Origin: an uncultured virus (IMG/VR IMGVR_UViG_3300007633_000001)
Taxonomy: Duplodnaviria > Heunggongvirae > Uroviricota > Caudoviricetes
DNA: 54,624 bases
Virus record (IMG/VR): IMGVR_UViG_3300007633_000001
Strand: one strand, 5' to 3'
Shown: piece after piece, positions 20,320 to 28,868 of the stretch
Numbering within the stretch: the first letter of the stretch is position 1
How the letters are laid out: each line of letters begins with the position of its first letter
Notes under the pieces: generated by a model
The model's database searches: none
What the model was told of the DNA's origin: nothing
The model's input: only the letters and a program-made list of their open reading frames with translations
Program-made: the position numbers and the translations under genes

Positions 20320-21297
20320 ATGAAAGTAATTCCCTTTGCTGTAGACGTTGGTAATAGTAGTATTAAATGGTCAAGCAGTTCTGCTGATGCAGGATTAGTA
20401 CCATCTTTTCTGTTAACTCTTGAAGATTATCAAGAAGCAAAGCCTAGTCCTGGGACTAAAGTGGCTTATTACATTGAGGGTGACAATAAAAACTTAGTAG
20501 GTAAGAAGTGGACTATTGGAAGTCTAGCCAGAGACTTAGGAGGTACTCCATTCTTTAATCTTCCTAAGCATGAAGTAGCAGCGGAGGCTGTATTACCTTT
20601 AATTGATGGGGCAGGACTACAAAACGTAAGAATAGAAAGACTTATCTACTCATTACCTGAAGACAGAAAACAGGATCAAAAAGCTAGAGTAAAAGAATCC
20701 TTAATAGGATCACATAAAGTGATTGTAAACGGGGTTGAAAGGAATATTGTGATAGAGGATGTTGTTATTGTATTTGAGGGCTTAGGTGCATATAATCAAG
20801 CGTTATCATTAGGATTAATCGGAGAGGATATAGAAGATAGAAACATTGTATTAGTAGATGTAGGTACTAGGACCACTATTATCACTCCTTTTACTAGTCG
20901 TCTAACTTCCGGTATACCTATGAGAAACAAGAGAAGAATAGTACAAGGACTATACCATTTAGCATCTTCAATAAGAGAAGGATCTAATTTAAAGAATGCT
21001 GATATATCCCTTATAAAAGAGAGTAGTATTTTAGCTGCTATAGAGGACAAGAGTTTTACTTATGAAACAACTGGCGTATCTTTCAGGGAGGACTTTATTA
21101 AAAATCATAGAAATTGGTACACCACTATTTATAACGAAGTTAGAGAAATAACGGCCCAAGCATCAAATGTTGGTAAGTTGATTATAGTAGGTGGAGGTGC
21201 ACCTTTAATGGAAGAGATTTGTAATAGAGATAAGGAGAGAATAAAGATATGTCCTAATGCAAGATTTGCAAATGTTATGGGTATGTTAAAGATTTAA
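20320..21297 (+). CDS. parM: ParM/StbA-family actin-like ATPase
   Basis: Phosphate-1 AVDVGNSSIK, connect EGLGA, phosphate-2 VDVGTRTT, adenosine IVGGGA and C-terminal ANVMG. Confidence 0.85.
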   Translation: MKVIPFAVDVGNSSIKWSSSSADAGLVPSFLLTLEDYQEAKPSPGTKVAYYIEGDNKNLVGKKWTIGSLARDLGGTPFFNLPKHEVAAEAVLPLIDGAGLQNVRIERLIYSLPEDRKQDQKARVKESLIGSHKVIVNGVERNIVIEDVVIVFEGLGAYNQALSLGLIGEDIEDRNIVLVDVGTRTTIITPFTSRLTSGIPMRNKRRIVQGLYHLASSIREGSNLKNADISLIKESSILAAIEDKSFTYETTGVSFREDFIKNHRNWYTTIYNEVREITAQASNVGKLIIVGGGAPLMEEICNRDKERIKICPNARFANVMGMLKI

Positions 21298-21413
21298 ATA
21301 TTAATATCCAGTTAATAGTTATTAAACTTTATATTTATTTATTTATCAGCTATTCGTAAATATAAGTTAGGATTGTGTCCTTTATATTATTGAGAGTAAG
21401 TTAAGTTATATAT

Positions 21414-21719
21414 ATGAAGATAAGTGTTAATTTAAGCCCTGAAGAAATTGATCAAATAGACTATCTTAAGAAGATTACCAAGGCCAGTAGCAGAGGACAA
21501 GTTATTAGACAGATGCTTGAGAAGATGGCTCCATTGTATGAAGATTGGTGGACTGCCGATGTACATCTGACTAGTAAAAGTACTAATTTACAACCTTCAT
21601 CTCCTGTTGATTACGGGGTTGCTAATAATGTTGCTTATGACCCTTACGACAATGAACGAGAGGTTAATAATAATAAGTCTAAAGAATCTGGGTTTGTACC
21701 TCTTGATAAACTTTTATAA
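21414..21719 (+). CDS. Ribbon-helix-helix protein (ParR/CopG-like adaptor)
   Basis: MKISVNLSPEEIDQIDYL....SRGQVIRQML RHH pattern, disordered linker and hydrophobic C-terminal tip; directly downstream of parM. Confidence 0.75.
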   Translation: MKISVNLSPEEIDQIDYLKKITKASSRGQVIRQMLEKMAPLYEDWWTADVHLTSKSTNLQPSSPVDYGVANNVAYDPYDNEREVNNNKSKESGFVPLDKLL

Positions 21720-21845
21720 ATTCTTTTTGTTCCCTAAGAAAGTATTTTTAAGAAGACCTATAGACACGCATGTATTTTTAATCTTTAATAATTCTAGAAG
21801 GTATAAGTAGTATATATAATACTACTAATTCAAATTAACTAAGAT

Positions 21846-22892
21846 GTGGATATTAATTCTGTGATATTTCATCATAACGAGATATATTCCCTTATAGATA
21901 AGAGAACTAAAAGACAAATATTCGGAGACTTTAGAAAAAGTTTAGAAGGCAATATCCTTGTGAAGGATTTATATTCTTCTCAGTTAGGGTTATGCTATAT
22001 ATGTAAATGCACGATGAAGGTCGATAATTATGATATAGATCATATTATACCTTTATCGTTAATAAATAAAGATAGGCAAGCACATTTAATTACCAGTAGC
22101 GATAATCTAAGATTATCTTGTAGTCATTGTAATAGATCCAAGAAGTCAAAATTACCTGCTGTATATTCTATATTCTTTACCAATAATCCTAATAAAAAGT
22201 GGTATGGAGTCTCCTTAGATGTTTATAAAACATTCAAAGAAATAAATAAAGCTTTATACATGGATCAATTAGAATTACCCTTATACAAAGAAGTACTTGA
22301 TTCTAGTAATAAAGATATATGGAAAGAGTTTATAGGGAATGATATAGAAAGTAGTAAAACTAAAACGCAGAGGAAGAAAGAAGGTAAGAAAAGAATATAC
22401 AAAGCAATAAGAAGTCAGTTGTTAGATGATTGGAATAGACAGTTAAATCATTATTATTGCTATTATAGAAAGACTCCGAGTTTAACTGATATTATAGAGA
22501 ATCGTTTAATTATAGATATTGATATTGAAGAAATATTACCTTATGAGGATAATATTTACGAACAGTTTTATAACGTTTTACAAGGTCAAGATAAACCCGA
22601 TATAAAGAGAATATTGCATATGCAGAACATAAATGTAAATATAAAAGCTATAAGACTTTATGGAGATACAGAGGAGACTAGTTTTGGCATTAACACTTCT
22701 ATTAGTAAAGAAGGGTTTGCTAGAATAGTCAACGGGCTCAAAGACTCATTTGGTAGCAATATAATATCTAAATATGAAATAGACGAGTTTGAAGGTACTT
22801 TGGAATGTGATTTAAGTAAGGCAAATTTAGTCACTGTAGTTCCGCCTATCCTTTTCCTAGAAACATTAGTTAAAAGATGGAAGGCTCTTTAA
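21846..22892 (+). CDS. HNH endonuclease with C-terminal extension
   Basis: CYIC...DIDHIIPLS...NLRLSCSHCNRSK. Confidence 0.85.
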   Translation: MDINSVIFHHNEIYSLIDKRTKRQIFGDFRKSLEGNILVKDLYSSQLGLCYICKCTMKVDNYDIDHIIPLSLINKDRQAHLITSSDNLRLSCSHCNRSKKSKLPAVYSIFFTNNPNKKWYGVSLDVYKTFKEINKALYMDQLELPLYKEVLDSSNKDIWKEFIGNDIESSKTKTQRKKEGKKRIYKAIRSQLLDDWNRQLNHYYCYYRKTPSLTDIIENRLIIDIDIEEILPYEDNIYEQFYNVLQGQDKPDIKRILHMQNINVNIKAIRLYGDTEETSFGINTSISKEGFARIVNGLKDSFGSNIISKYEIDEFEGTLECDLSKANLVTVVPPILFLETLVKRWKAL

Positions 22893-23019
22893 GTAATACA
22901 AACCAATAATTTATTATTTTTACTTTTTGACTACCCTTATATAGAAATGAATATCTTATATAAGGGGTTTAATTATGTATATATGCTGTATAAGGATAAT
23001 GGACTTTGAATAGTACAAA

Positions 23020-23745
23020 ATGAGTAGTTATATAAAAGATAAGAAGACAAAGACTATTAGGAAAAAGAAACTTACTCAAACTTATAATTTAATAGTTAGA
23101 GTGGATAGAAGTTTTATAGATAGCTCATATGATAGTGATAATATTCTTATTAGAAATGGATACGAGTTATTAATAAAAGGTTGGTTAGGGTATATATCAG
23201 ATAATTACAAAAGAGAGGTAAAGACTGCTTTACCTGAAAGATTTGATAGTGGGTGTACAGTGTATATAGCTGTTAGAAAGCAGGAGGGAAATAATAATTC
23301 TTTTTATGAAGACATAAAGAACAAGATATTAAGGATAATTTCTAGTATTAAGCTAGACAACTCTATAAATAGTTTATGGCTAAAGTGTAAAACTGTATTA
23401 CCTTATGAAGATAGTTGTAACACTTTATTAATAACTGATATAAAAGATATAAAAATATCGGATACTCAATGGAAGATAAATTACGTAGCCCATTCTGAGG
23501 AGGATTTAGTAAATGACAATGGATATATTTTTACTGTATTTCAAAACTTAGGCGAATCTCAACCTTTACAATTCTTCTATTCTTTTCATACTATAGAGGA
23601 AGCTCAGAATTGTATTAATCTTTTATCTGATCCTAATAGTAAATATTACGTTATAGATACAATAAAAGAAAATTATTGTATTATTGCTAATAAAGGAATG
23701 GATAATATAAAGATAATAAATAGTACTGGCCGTATGATTTTATAA
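23020..23745 (+). CDS. Hypothetical protein
   Basis: 241-aa ORF. Confidence 0.55.
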   Translation: MSSYIKDKKTKTIRKKKLTQTYNLIVRVDRSFIDSSYDSDNILIRNGYELLIKGWLGYISDNYKREVKTALPERFDSGCTVYIAVRKQEGNNNSFYEDIKNKILRIISSIKLDNSINSLWLKCKTVLPYEDSCNTLLITDIKDIKISDTQWKINYVAHSEEDLVNDNGYIFTVFQNLGESQPLQFFYSFHTIEEAQNCINLLSDPNSKYYVIDTIKENYCIIANKGMDNIKIINSTGRMIL

Positions 23746-23810
23746 TACTATTAATTCTTTTTTAACTTTATATATATATATCTCAGCATATCTATTCTAT
23801 TTTTTATTGA

Positions 23811-24653
23811 TTGATTAAAATTTGTTTTTTGATGAAGGATATTAATGATATGACAACTCAGTATAGAACAGAAGCTACCACATTAAGTTATCAACAATCT
23901 TTAGAGAGAGTGAGTGTGGACAATTTGTATGATGTACCTAAATTAGATACAGAGGATAATAAAGCTGCGAGAGGTTATCATATACTTTTAAAACCACAGG
24001 AGGATGTAAGACTAGGAGTAAAGTTGCTAGCTAATGGTAGGACTTTATGTACTAAAGATATGAAGAGCAGGGGTTTAAATTTCCCGGAATATGGAACTTT
24101 ATTATTTATAATTCAGTATGTTAAATATAATGGTTGTCGATATAAACCTTTTAGAGATAATGAAATGGAAGTTGCTAGATATAACCAACTTCTTAGAGAC
24201 AGAGCGCAAGAACAAGATAAGAGATTCGTTAAGTTATCTTCTTTAGGATTAATACTAGAGCTTAGTATTCAATATGAGAGAGTTATTGAATCTATAGATG
24301 AAATAAATTGGGATTCAATGACTAATTATTTAAGAGAAGGAGAAGAATGGGTAAAAGATATAGAGGAGTATAAAACCTATGAAATCAAATTAAGTAGATT
24401 ATTAAAACCGTTATCTTCTAGTTATCTTGATGTAAAAGGTACAAGATTAGCCAAAACTAAGAAAGGTAAAAATATTCTTTGTTTTATCACTAAACAATTT
24501 GCTCGTTCTTTTACTGAAATTGAAGAAGTAGAAAACCTTGAAGAAGTCAAATCCACTAATTCTTCAGTACGAAATTATATAAACGAAAGTGAGAATAAAG
24601 CACCAGTTGCTCTATTCTCACAGTTATGTAATCTACCTATTTATATTCCTTAA
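23811..24653 (+). CDS. Hypothetical protein (true start probably at a downstream ATG)
   Basis: 280-aa ORF from TTG, with in-frame ATGs shortly after. Confidence 0.55.
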   Translation: MIKICFLMKDINDMTTQYRTEATTLSYQQSLERVSVDNLYDVPKLDTEDNKAARGYHILLKPQEDVRLGVKLLANGRTLCTKDMKSRGLNFPEYGTLLFIIQYVKYNGCRYKPFRDNEMEVARYNQLLRDRAQEQDKRFVKLSSLGLILELSIQYERVIESIDEINWDSMTNYLREGEEWVKDIEEYKTYEIKLSRLLKPLSSSYLDVKGTRLAKTKKGKNILCFITKQFARSFTEIEEVENLEEVKSTNSSVRNYINESENKAPVALFSQLCNLPIYIP

Positions 24654-24687
24654 TATAAGATAAAACTATTAATTATCTATATTATAA

Positions 24688-25095
24688 TTAATTACTATTA
24701 TTATCTATATTATTATTTATATCACTAGATGACTGCATTTTTATAGTCTCTGACATATCTTGATAAATATGATTTAATGTCAAACTTAACATCGGAATTC
24801 TTGCGTAAATATCATTAATAAATATATTTAATAGATAAGCCAATCTACCTACTATCAGAGCAGTCATTAATTGACCTATAACAGGGGTTGATATAAAACT
24901 TGGTATAAACCAACATATTATTAGTGAAAGCTGCTGAGAGGTGCATAAATGGCAAGTAGACATATATTCTAATAAACCGCCTTTCGAACTTAAGAATGTC
25001 CGCCAAGATTCAAAGATTTTAGAAGTAGTTATAAGATTAGCTGCACTTTCTATTGCGATACTAGTAAAGATTATATTGAAGATATAGACTAACAT
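24688..25095 (-). CDS. DUF1360-like membrane protein
   Basis: LITTSKIFESWR...LLEYMSTCHLCTS pattern (CxxC between TM helices). Confidence 0.6.
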   Translation of the reverse strand: MLVYIFNIIFTSIAIESAANLITTSKIFESWRTFLSSKGGLLEYMSTCHLCTSQQLSLIICWFIPSFISTPVIGQLMTALIVGRLAYLLNIFINDIYARIPMLSLTLNHIYQDMSETIKMQSSSDINNNIDNNSN

Positions 25096-25173
25096 ACTAT
25101 TATTTATTTTTATACAAGCTACTTATTATTATAAAAAGTTTAATTAGCATTTTGATTTACATTAATTAGTATT

Positions 25174-25737
25174 ATGAAAGAGTACAAATTAAGATATGTA
25201 GGTGACCCTTTATTGAGAACTAAATGTAAAGCTTTTAACTTTAAAAAGGATAAACTTTTATTAAGTGAAAGCTTTGGATTTATGAAAGAGGAAATGGATA
25301 AACAAAATGGATTAGGTATATCTGCACCTCAAATTGGAGTTAATAAAAAAGTTATAGTTCTTAACCTCAAACTTTTAGGGATTTACGAAGAGCTTCAAGA
25401 TGAACAAGGACATTTGATTATGATTAATCCTAAGTATAATGAAGTTTCTGAAATAATAAATAAAGATTTAGAAGGCTGTTTGTCTTTACCTAATGTTTAT
25501 TTACCTGTAAAAAGGCATAAAGAAATAGAAATTTACTTTAAGGATTTAAAGGGTAAAAGAAGAAAGCTTAAGTTCAAAGATTTAGCAGCTAGATGTATTC
25601 AACATGAATGTGATCATATAGGAGTATATCCAGATGAAATAAATAGTACTCCAACATTATTTATTGATAGGGTAGAACAAAGAGATTTAATAGAAAAGAG
25701 TTTGGGGAGAAATTCTTCTTCTTCTCTAACTAAGTAG
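25174..25737 (+). CDS. def: Peptide deformylase
   Basis: GLGISAPQIG, EGCLS and QHECDH motifs are all intact. Confidence 0.95.
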   Translation: MKEYKLRYVGDPLLRTKCKAFNFKKDKLLLSESFGFMKEEMDKQNGLGISAPQIGVNKKVIVLNLKLLGIYEELQDEQGHLIMINPKYNEVSEIINKDLEGCLSLPNVYLPVKRHKEIEIYFKDLKGKRRKLKFKDLAARCIQHECDHIGVYPDEINSTPTLFIDRVEQRDLIEKSLGRNSSSSLTK

Positions 25738-25859
25738 ATAAGTAAGTAAAGGCAGTTCATACAATCAGGATACCGGTACTCTTAGTAAATAAGAAATAAT
25801 ATTTTATTGATTTTAATGAAAAGGAAACGTTATAAATAAACAGGTTAGTAAATTAAAAG

Positions 25860-26609
25860 ATGTCTCCAGAAAATCTATTAAAGTTAAATAAAAGATTAAT
25901 TGATTATGTTGTTGAACAAGATAAAGAAGGACTTGGTACTTTATTTCCTATAGAACAGGTAGTGGACGATGGGATTGTCAGTGGATTCTGTTCTGTTGAT
26001 AATGATGTAATTAGTGAAATTAAATACAAGTATGCTCCCATTGTTATTAATGATCTGACTAGATCTACAATAGCTGGAGTATCTCCTGATATGGCTTTAG
26101 AAAGTTTGTTAGAGACTTTTTATAGGAGTATCAATTTATATAGACTTATGAGTCTAACTGATAATTTGGTATATACTCCAGAGGGGTTCATAGAAGAGAA
26201 TAAGGTAGATCAAGAGATTCCCATATTAGAATTAAGGGAAGATGATCTAGAAGATTTCTTAATAGATAATCAAGAATCTATAAAAATTATCTTTACTAAG
26301 GTACAAGAGTCAGATTCTTTATCTGAGCTAGTTGATAGTTTAAAATACAGTGAAGATATAATTTTACTACCAGTAAATGTAGAAGAAGAAATCTGGAGTG
26401 GTGAAGATAGTCACATGGTAATTCTTAAAAAGAATGCACCTGTTGGTATGACTAAAATATTAAGACGATTAGACGAAGAAGGAAATATAGTTCCTTTAGT
26501 AGATGTGAAAAAAGAAGCACACGGTATGAATAGATTATCTATAAGATTTGAGTTCTTACCTTTTGTACAACTAAGATCTAATGTTTATAAGATAAAAATA
26601 ATACCTTAG
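25860..26609 (+). CDS. Hypothetical acidic protein
   Basis: 249-aa ORF. Confidence 0.55.
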   Translation: MSPENLLKLNKRLIDYVVEQDKEGLGTLFPIEQVVDDGIVSGFCSVDNDVISEIKYKYAPIVINDLTRSTIAGVSPDMALESLLETFYRSINLYRLMSLTDNLVYTPEGFIEENKVDQEIPILELREDDLEDFLIDNQESIKIIFTKVQESDSLSELVDSLKYSEDIILLPVNVEEEIWSGEDSHMVILKKNAPVGMTKILRRLDEEGNIVPLVDVKKEAHGMNRLSIRFEFLPFVQLRSNVYKIKIIP

Positions 26610-26666
26610 TCCAACTTTGCACATTTTATAGAAAGTATTTAGTTATTGATTAGAACTAACACCATA

Positions 26667-26789
26667 ATGTATAAGATGATAAATAGATATATACAGAAAG
26701 AATTAAGACTATCACTTCAAAAGAAAAGAATAAAAGAAAGAGAAAGAAGGATGGCCTTCCTAAAGATTAGTAAAAATAGATTAAATTAA
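26667..26789 (+). CDS. Candidate 40-aa basic microprotein (not in ORF track)
   Basis: MYKMINRYIQKELRLSLQKKRIKERERRMAFLKISKNRLN; fills the gap between co-oriented genes. Confidence 0.4.
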   Translation: MYKMINRYIQKELRLSLQKKRIKERERRMAFLKISKNRLN

Positions 26790-26832
26790 AAGTTATTAGT
26801 AATTATTTTATTTATGTTTTATTTATACAAAA

Positions 26833-27252
26833 ATGTTAGATAGTAAACACAGAAAGATAATCAAAGATGTATTTGAGCTTACTAAATCAGTTTTATTAAG
26901 TAAAGGTTATGAATTATCTTCGGATAGTCAAAGCATCAGTTTAGGGCACAAAGAGTTTTACATAACGGGGCAATTAGATGTATCGGCTTATTCTAGATTT
27001 AGAAGACTTGGATTTGGGAGTGATCCATTACCTTTAATATCTTTAGCTATTAGTTACAACAACAGATTGGTATTTAACTTTGGCACTTTAGCTTTAGTTC
27101 ATAATTCTATATTAAGAACTGAAACTGTAGTAGATGTCCATAATACAGAATGGATTAATAAGTTAGAAGCGCTTCACATTGAGTCAATACAAAAAGCTAA
27201 GGGTAGAGAGATTGATAACTTTATAAGAGATAATAAAAAATTACTTTATTAA
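26833..27252 (+). CDS. Hypothetical protein
   Basis: 139-aa ORF. Confidence 0.55.
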   Translation: MLDSKHRKIIKDVFELTKSVLLSKGYELSSDSQSISLGHKEFYITGQLDVSAYSRFRRLGFGSDPLPLISLAISYNNRLVFNFGTLALVHNSILRTETVVDVHNTEWINKLEALHIESIQKAKGREIDNFIRDNKKLLY

Positions 27253-27262
27253 TAAGTCTTAA

Positions 27263-27670
27263 TTGTCAGTAAGAAAAAAGTATAAAGATATGGGCTTTTT
27301 GTTAAGAAGACGTATCTTATTAAAACAAAATGAAGTTACTAATTCATTTATTAGATTACAGATAAGAGTACTAATAAAAGATCTTTCATTAAATAATCCT
27401 TTAAGCATTAAAGCTTATAAGAATTTAGGTTTAATAAAATATATTGTTCAATGGGTTTATGAAAAGGAAGAAAGATATATTTGGATAGTAAGTAGTTACT
27501 TTAACAAAAGATATCCTTTAGAAAACTATTATGAAGTGTTAAATAATTGTATTAGTTGCGATAAAGGCTTTTCTATTTTGTACAAAAATAGGATCAAAGA
27601 AATAGTTTCATATGAAATAGAAGATATAGTAGACGAAGTATTAAAAGAGATATTCTTCAATAGCTATTGA
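27263..27670 (+). CDS. Hypothetical protein
   Basis: 135-aa ORF. Confidence 0.5.
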   Translation: MSVRKKYKDMGFLLRRRILLKQNEVTNSFIRLQIRVLIKDLSLNNPLSIKAYKNLGLIKYIVQWVYEKEERYIWIVSSYFNKRYPLENYYEVLNNCISCDKGFSILYKNRIKEIVSYEIEDIVDEVLKEIFFNSY

Positions 27671-27698
27671 TATTAATATCAAATAATATTGTGAATTT

Positions 27699-27944
27699 AT
27701 GATAAACACTGTTAAAGGCAAATTCAAAAATCATAGAAGTAAATCTTTATTAGTAGAAGAAGTTTGCACTGACACTGATGATCGCATTCTGAATAAATAT
27801 ATTGTTCATTTTATAGATGTAGAAAGGTTAGGCCTAAAAGATAATGATTCAATAGAAGGCCCTTATCACCCTTATAAAGATTTGTATAGAGAAGAGTACA
27901 AAGGTTATTTATTTAAAGGACTAGTCAAGAAAGTAAGTAAATAA
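27699..27944 (+). CDS. Hypothetical protein
   Basis: 81-aa ORF. Confidence 0.5.
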   Translation: MINTVKGKFKNHRSKSLLVEEVCTDTDDRILNKYIVHFIDVERLGLKDNDSIEGPYHPYKDLYREEYKGYLFKGLVKKVSK

Positions 27945-27948
27945 CAAA

Positions 27949-28608
27949 TTAATCACCTTCTAAGATATCTGAATTTTGTTCTATATCTTTATCAGAACCG
28001 CATTCGCAATCACTATTCATAAACATCATTTTTATCAAAGCAGCTTCACCTAAAGCATTAAACTCATTTGAGTCTATTTGAGGAATAATAGTAGAATAAT
28101 TATTATTTATATTTCTCAAATATGGAATGTTATTATCTTCTCCTAGGAAGTTATCTAATTCTGATTCCATACCAATTATTTCATTTATCTTGAGAAACTG
28201 GTATATATCGTATATAAAAGCAGGATAATCCGTTATTGTATTATTCAACCCACCTACTAGTTCTATATAACTAGGATTGCTTAGTATAGTATTAAATCCC
28301 CACAAATGGTTTTCTTTATTAGATTTAGATAAAAATCCCCTTACGTTTTGAGACACATTTTCATAAGATTGCCAGGTCTGATATTGTAATGATTCATTAT
28401 TAAAGATAAATTTATTTATGGATCCTTTGGGTTCCAATTTATCTAAAATCATTTCTTTATCTTTTATAGATACATTATCTGGATTTACATTATCTTCTAT
28501 TATTAAATAAAGCTCTCTTCCTTCTTCACTAACAAGACCTATACTTACAGGTATGGACTTGTTAGTTGATTTGTTTATAACTGTTTTTATAGAAATGAAA
28601 TAATTCAT
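27949..28608 (-). CDS. 3'-5' exoribonuclease-like (Rv2179c/RNase AS, DEDDh) protein, catalytic residues substituted
   Basis: MNYFISIKT...VSIGLVSEEGRELY, HLWG and FNALGEA correspond to family MRYFxDTEF...ISIGxVxEDGREYY and HNALxDA. Confidence 0.65.
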   Translation of the reverse strand: MNYFISIKTVINKSTNKSIPVSIGLVSEEGRELYLIIEDNVNPDNVSIKDKEMILDKLEPKGSINKFIFNNESLQYQTWQSYENVSQNVRGFLSKSNKENHLWGFNTILSNPSYIELVGGLNNTITDYPAFIYDIYQFLKINEIIGMESELDNFLGEDNNIPYLRNINNNYSTIIPQIDSNEFNALGEAALIKMMFMNSDCECGSDKDIEQNSDILEGD

Positions 28609-28766
28609 AATTTTGATATTAGGAATATTGATTAATGATTTACAACAATTGTTTAGATATAAGAATTAATCTAGATATAGATTTTGATCCTGAAGCAACT
28701 TTTGATGCTTTAAGTGAACTTGCTTTTGATATAACAATTTGCCTAATTTTGATATTAGGAGTATTG
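28608..28766 (+). repeat. 23-bp direct repeat (1 mismatch), 136 bp apart
   Basis: taattttgatattaggaatattg (28608-28630) and taattttgatattaggagtattg (28744-28766). Confidence 0.8.
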
Positions 28767-28811
28767 TTTTTAATTTACGCCTGGTATAGGATATGTGACG
28801 AAATTTTATAA
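28635..28811 (+). CDS. Candidate 58-aa single-TM microprotein (not in ORF track)
   Basis: MIYNNCLDIRINLDIDFDPEATFDALSELAFDITICLILILGVLFLIYAWYRICDEIL; AGGA upstream. Confidence 0.55.
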   Translation: MIYNNCLDIRINLDIDFDPEATFDALSELAFDITICLILILGVLFLIYAWYRICDEIL

Positions 28812-28868
28812 ATGTTTATAGTCTTAAATAATAAAAGTTTAACTGTTTAGAAGATACAAAATAATATA

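Noticed and set aside
26667..26789. Ribosomal protein bS21 homolog
   Set aside because: Basic composition only; it lacks the ALRRFK and YEKPS-type motifs.
10531..28766. CRISPR array from short direct repeats
   Set aside because: Only isolated two-copy repeats occur; there is no repeat-spacer periodicity and no cas gene.
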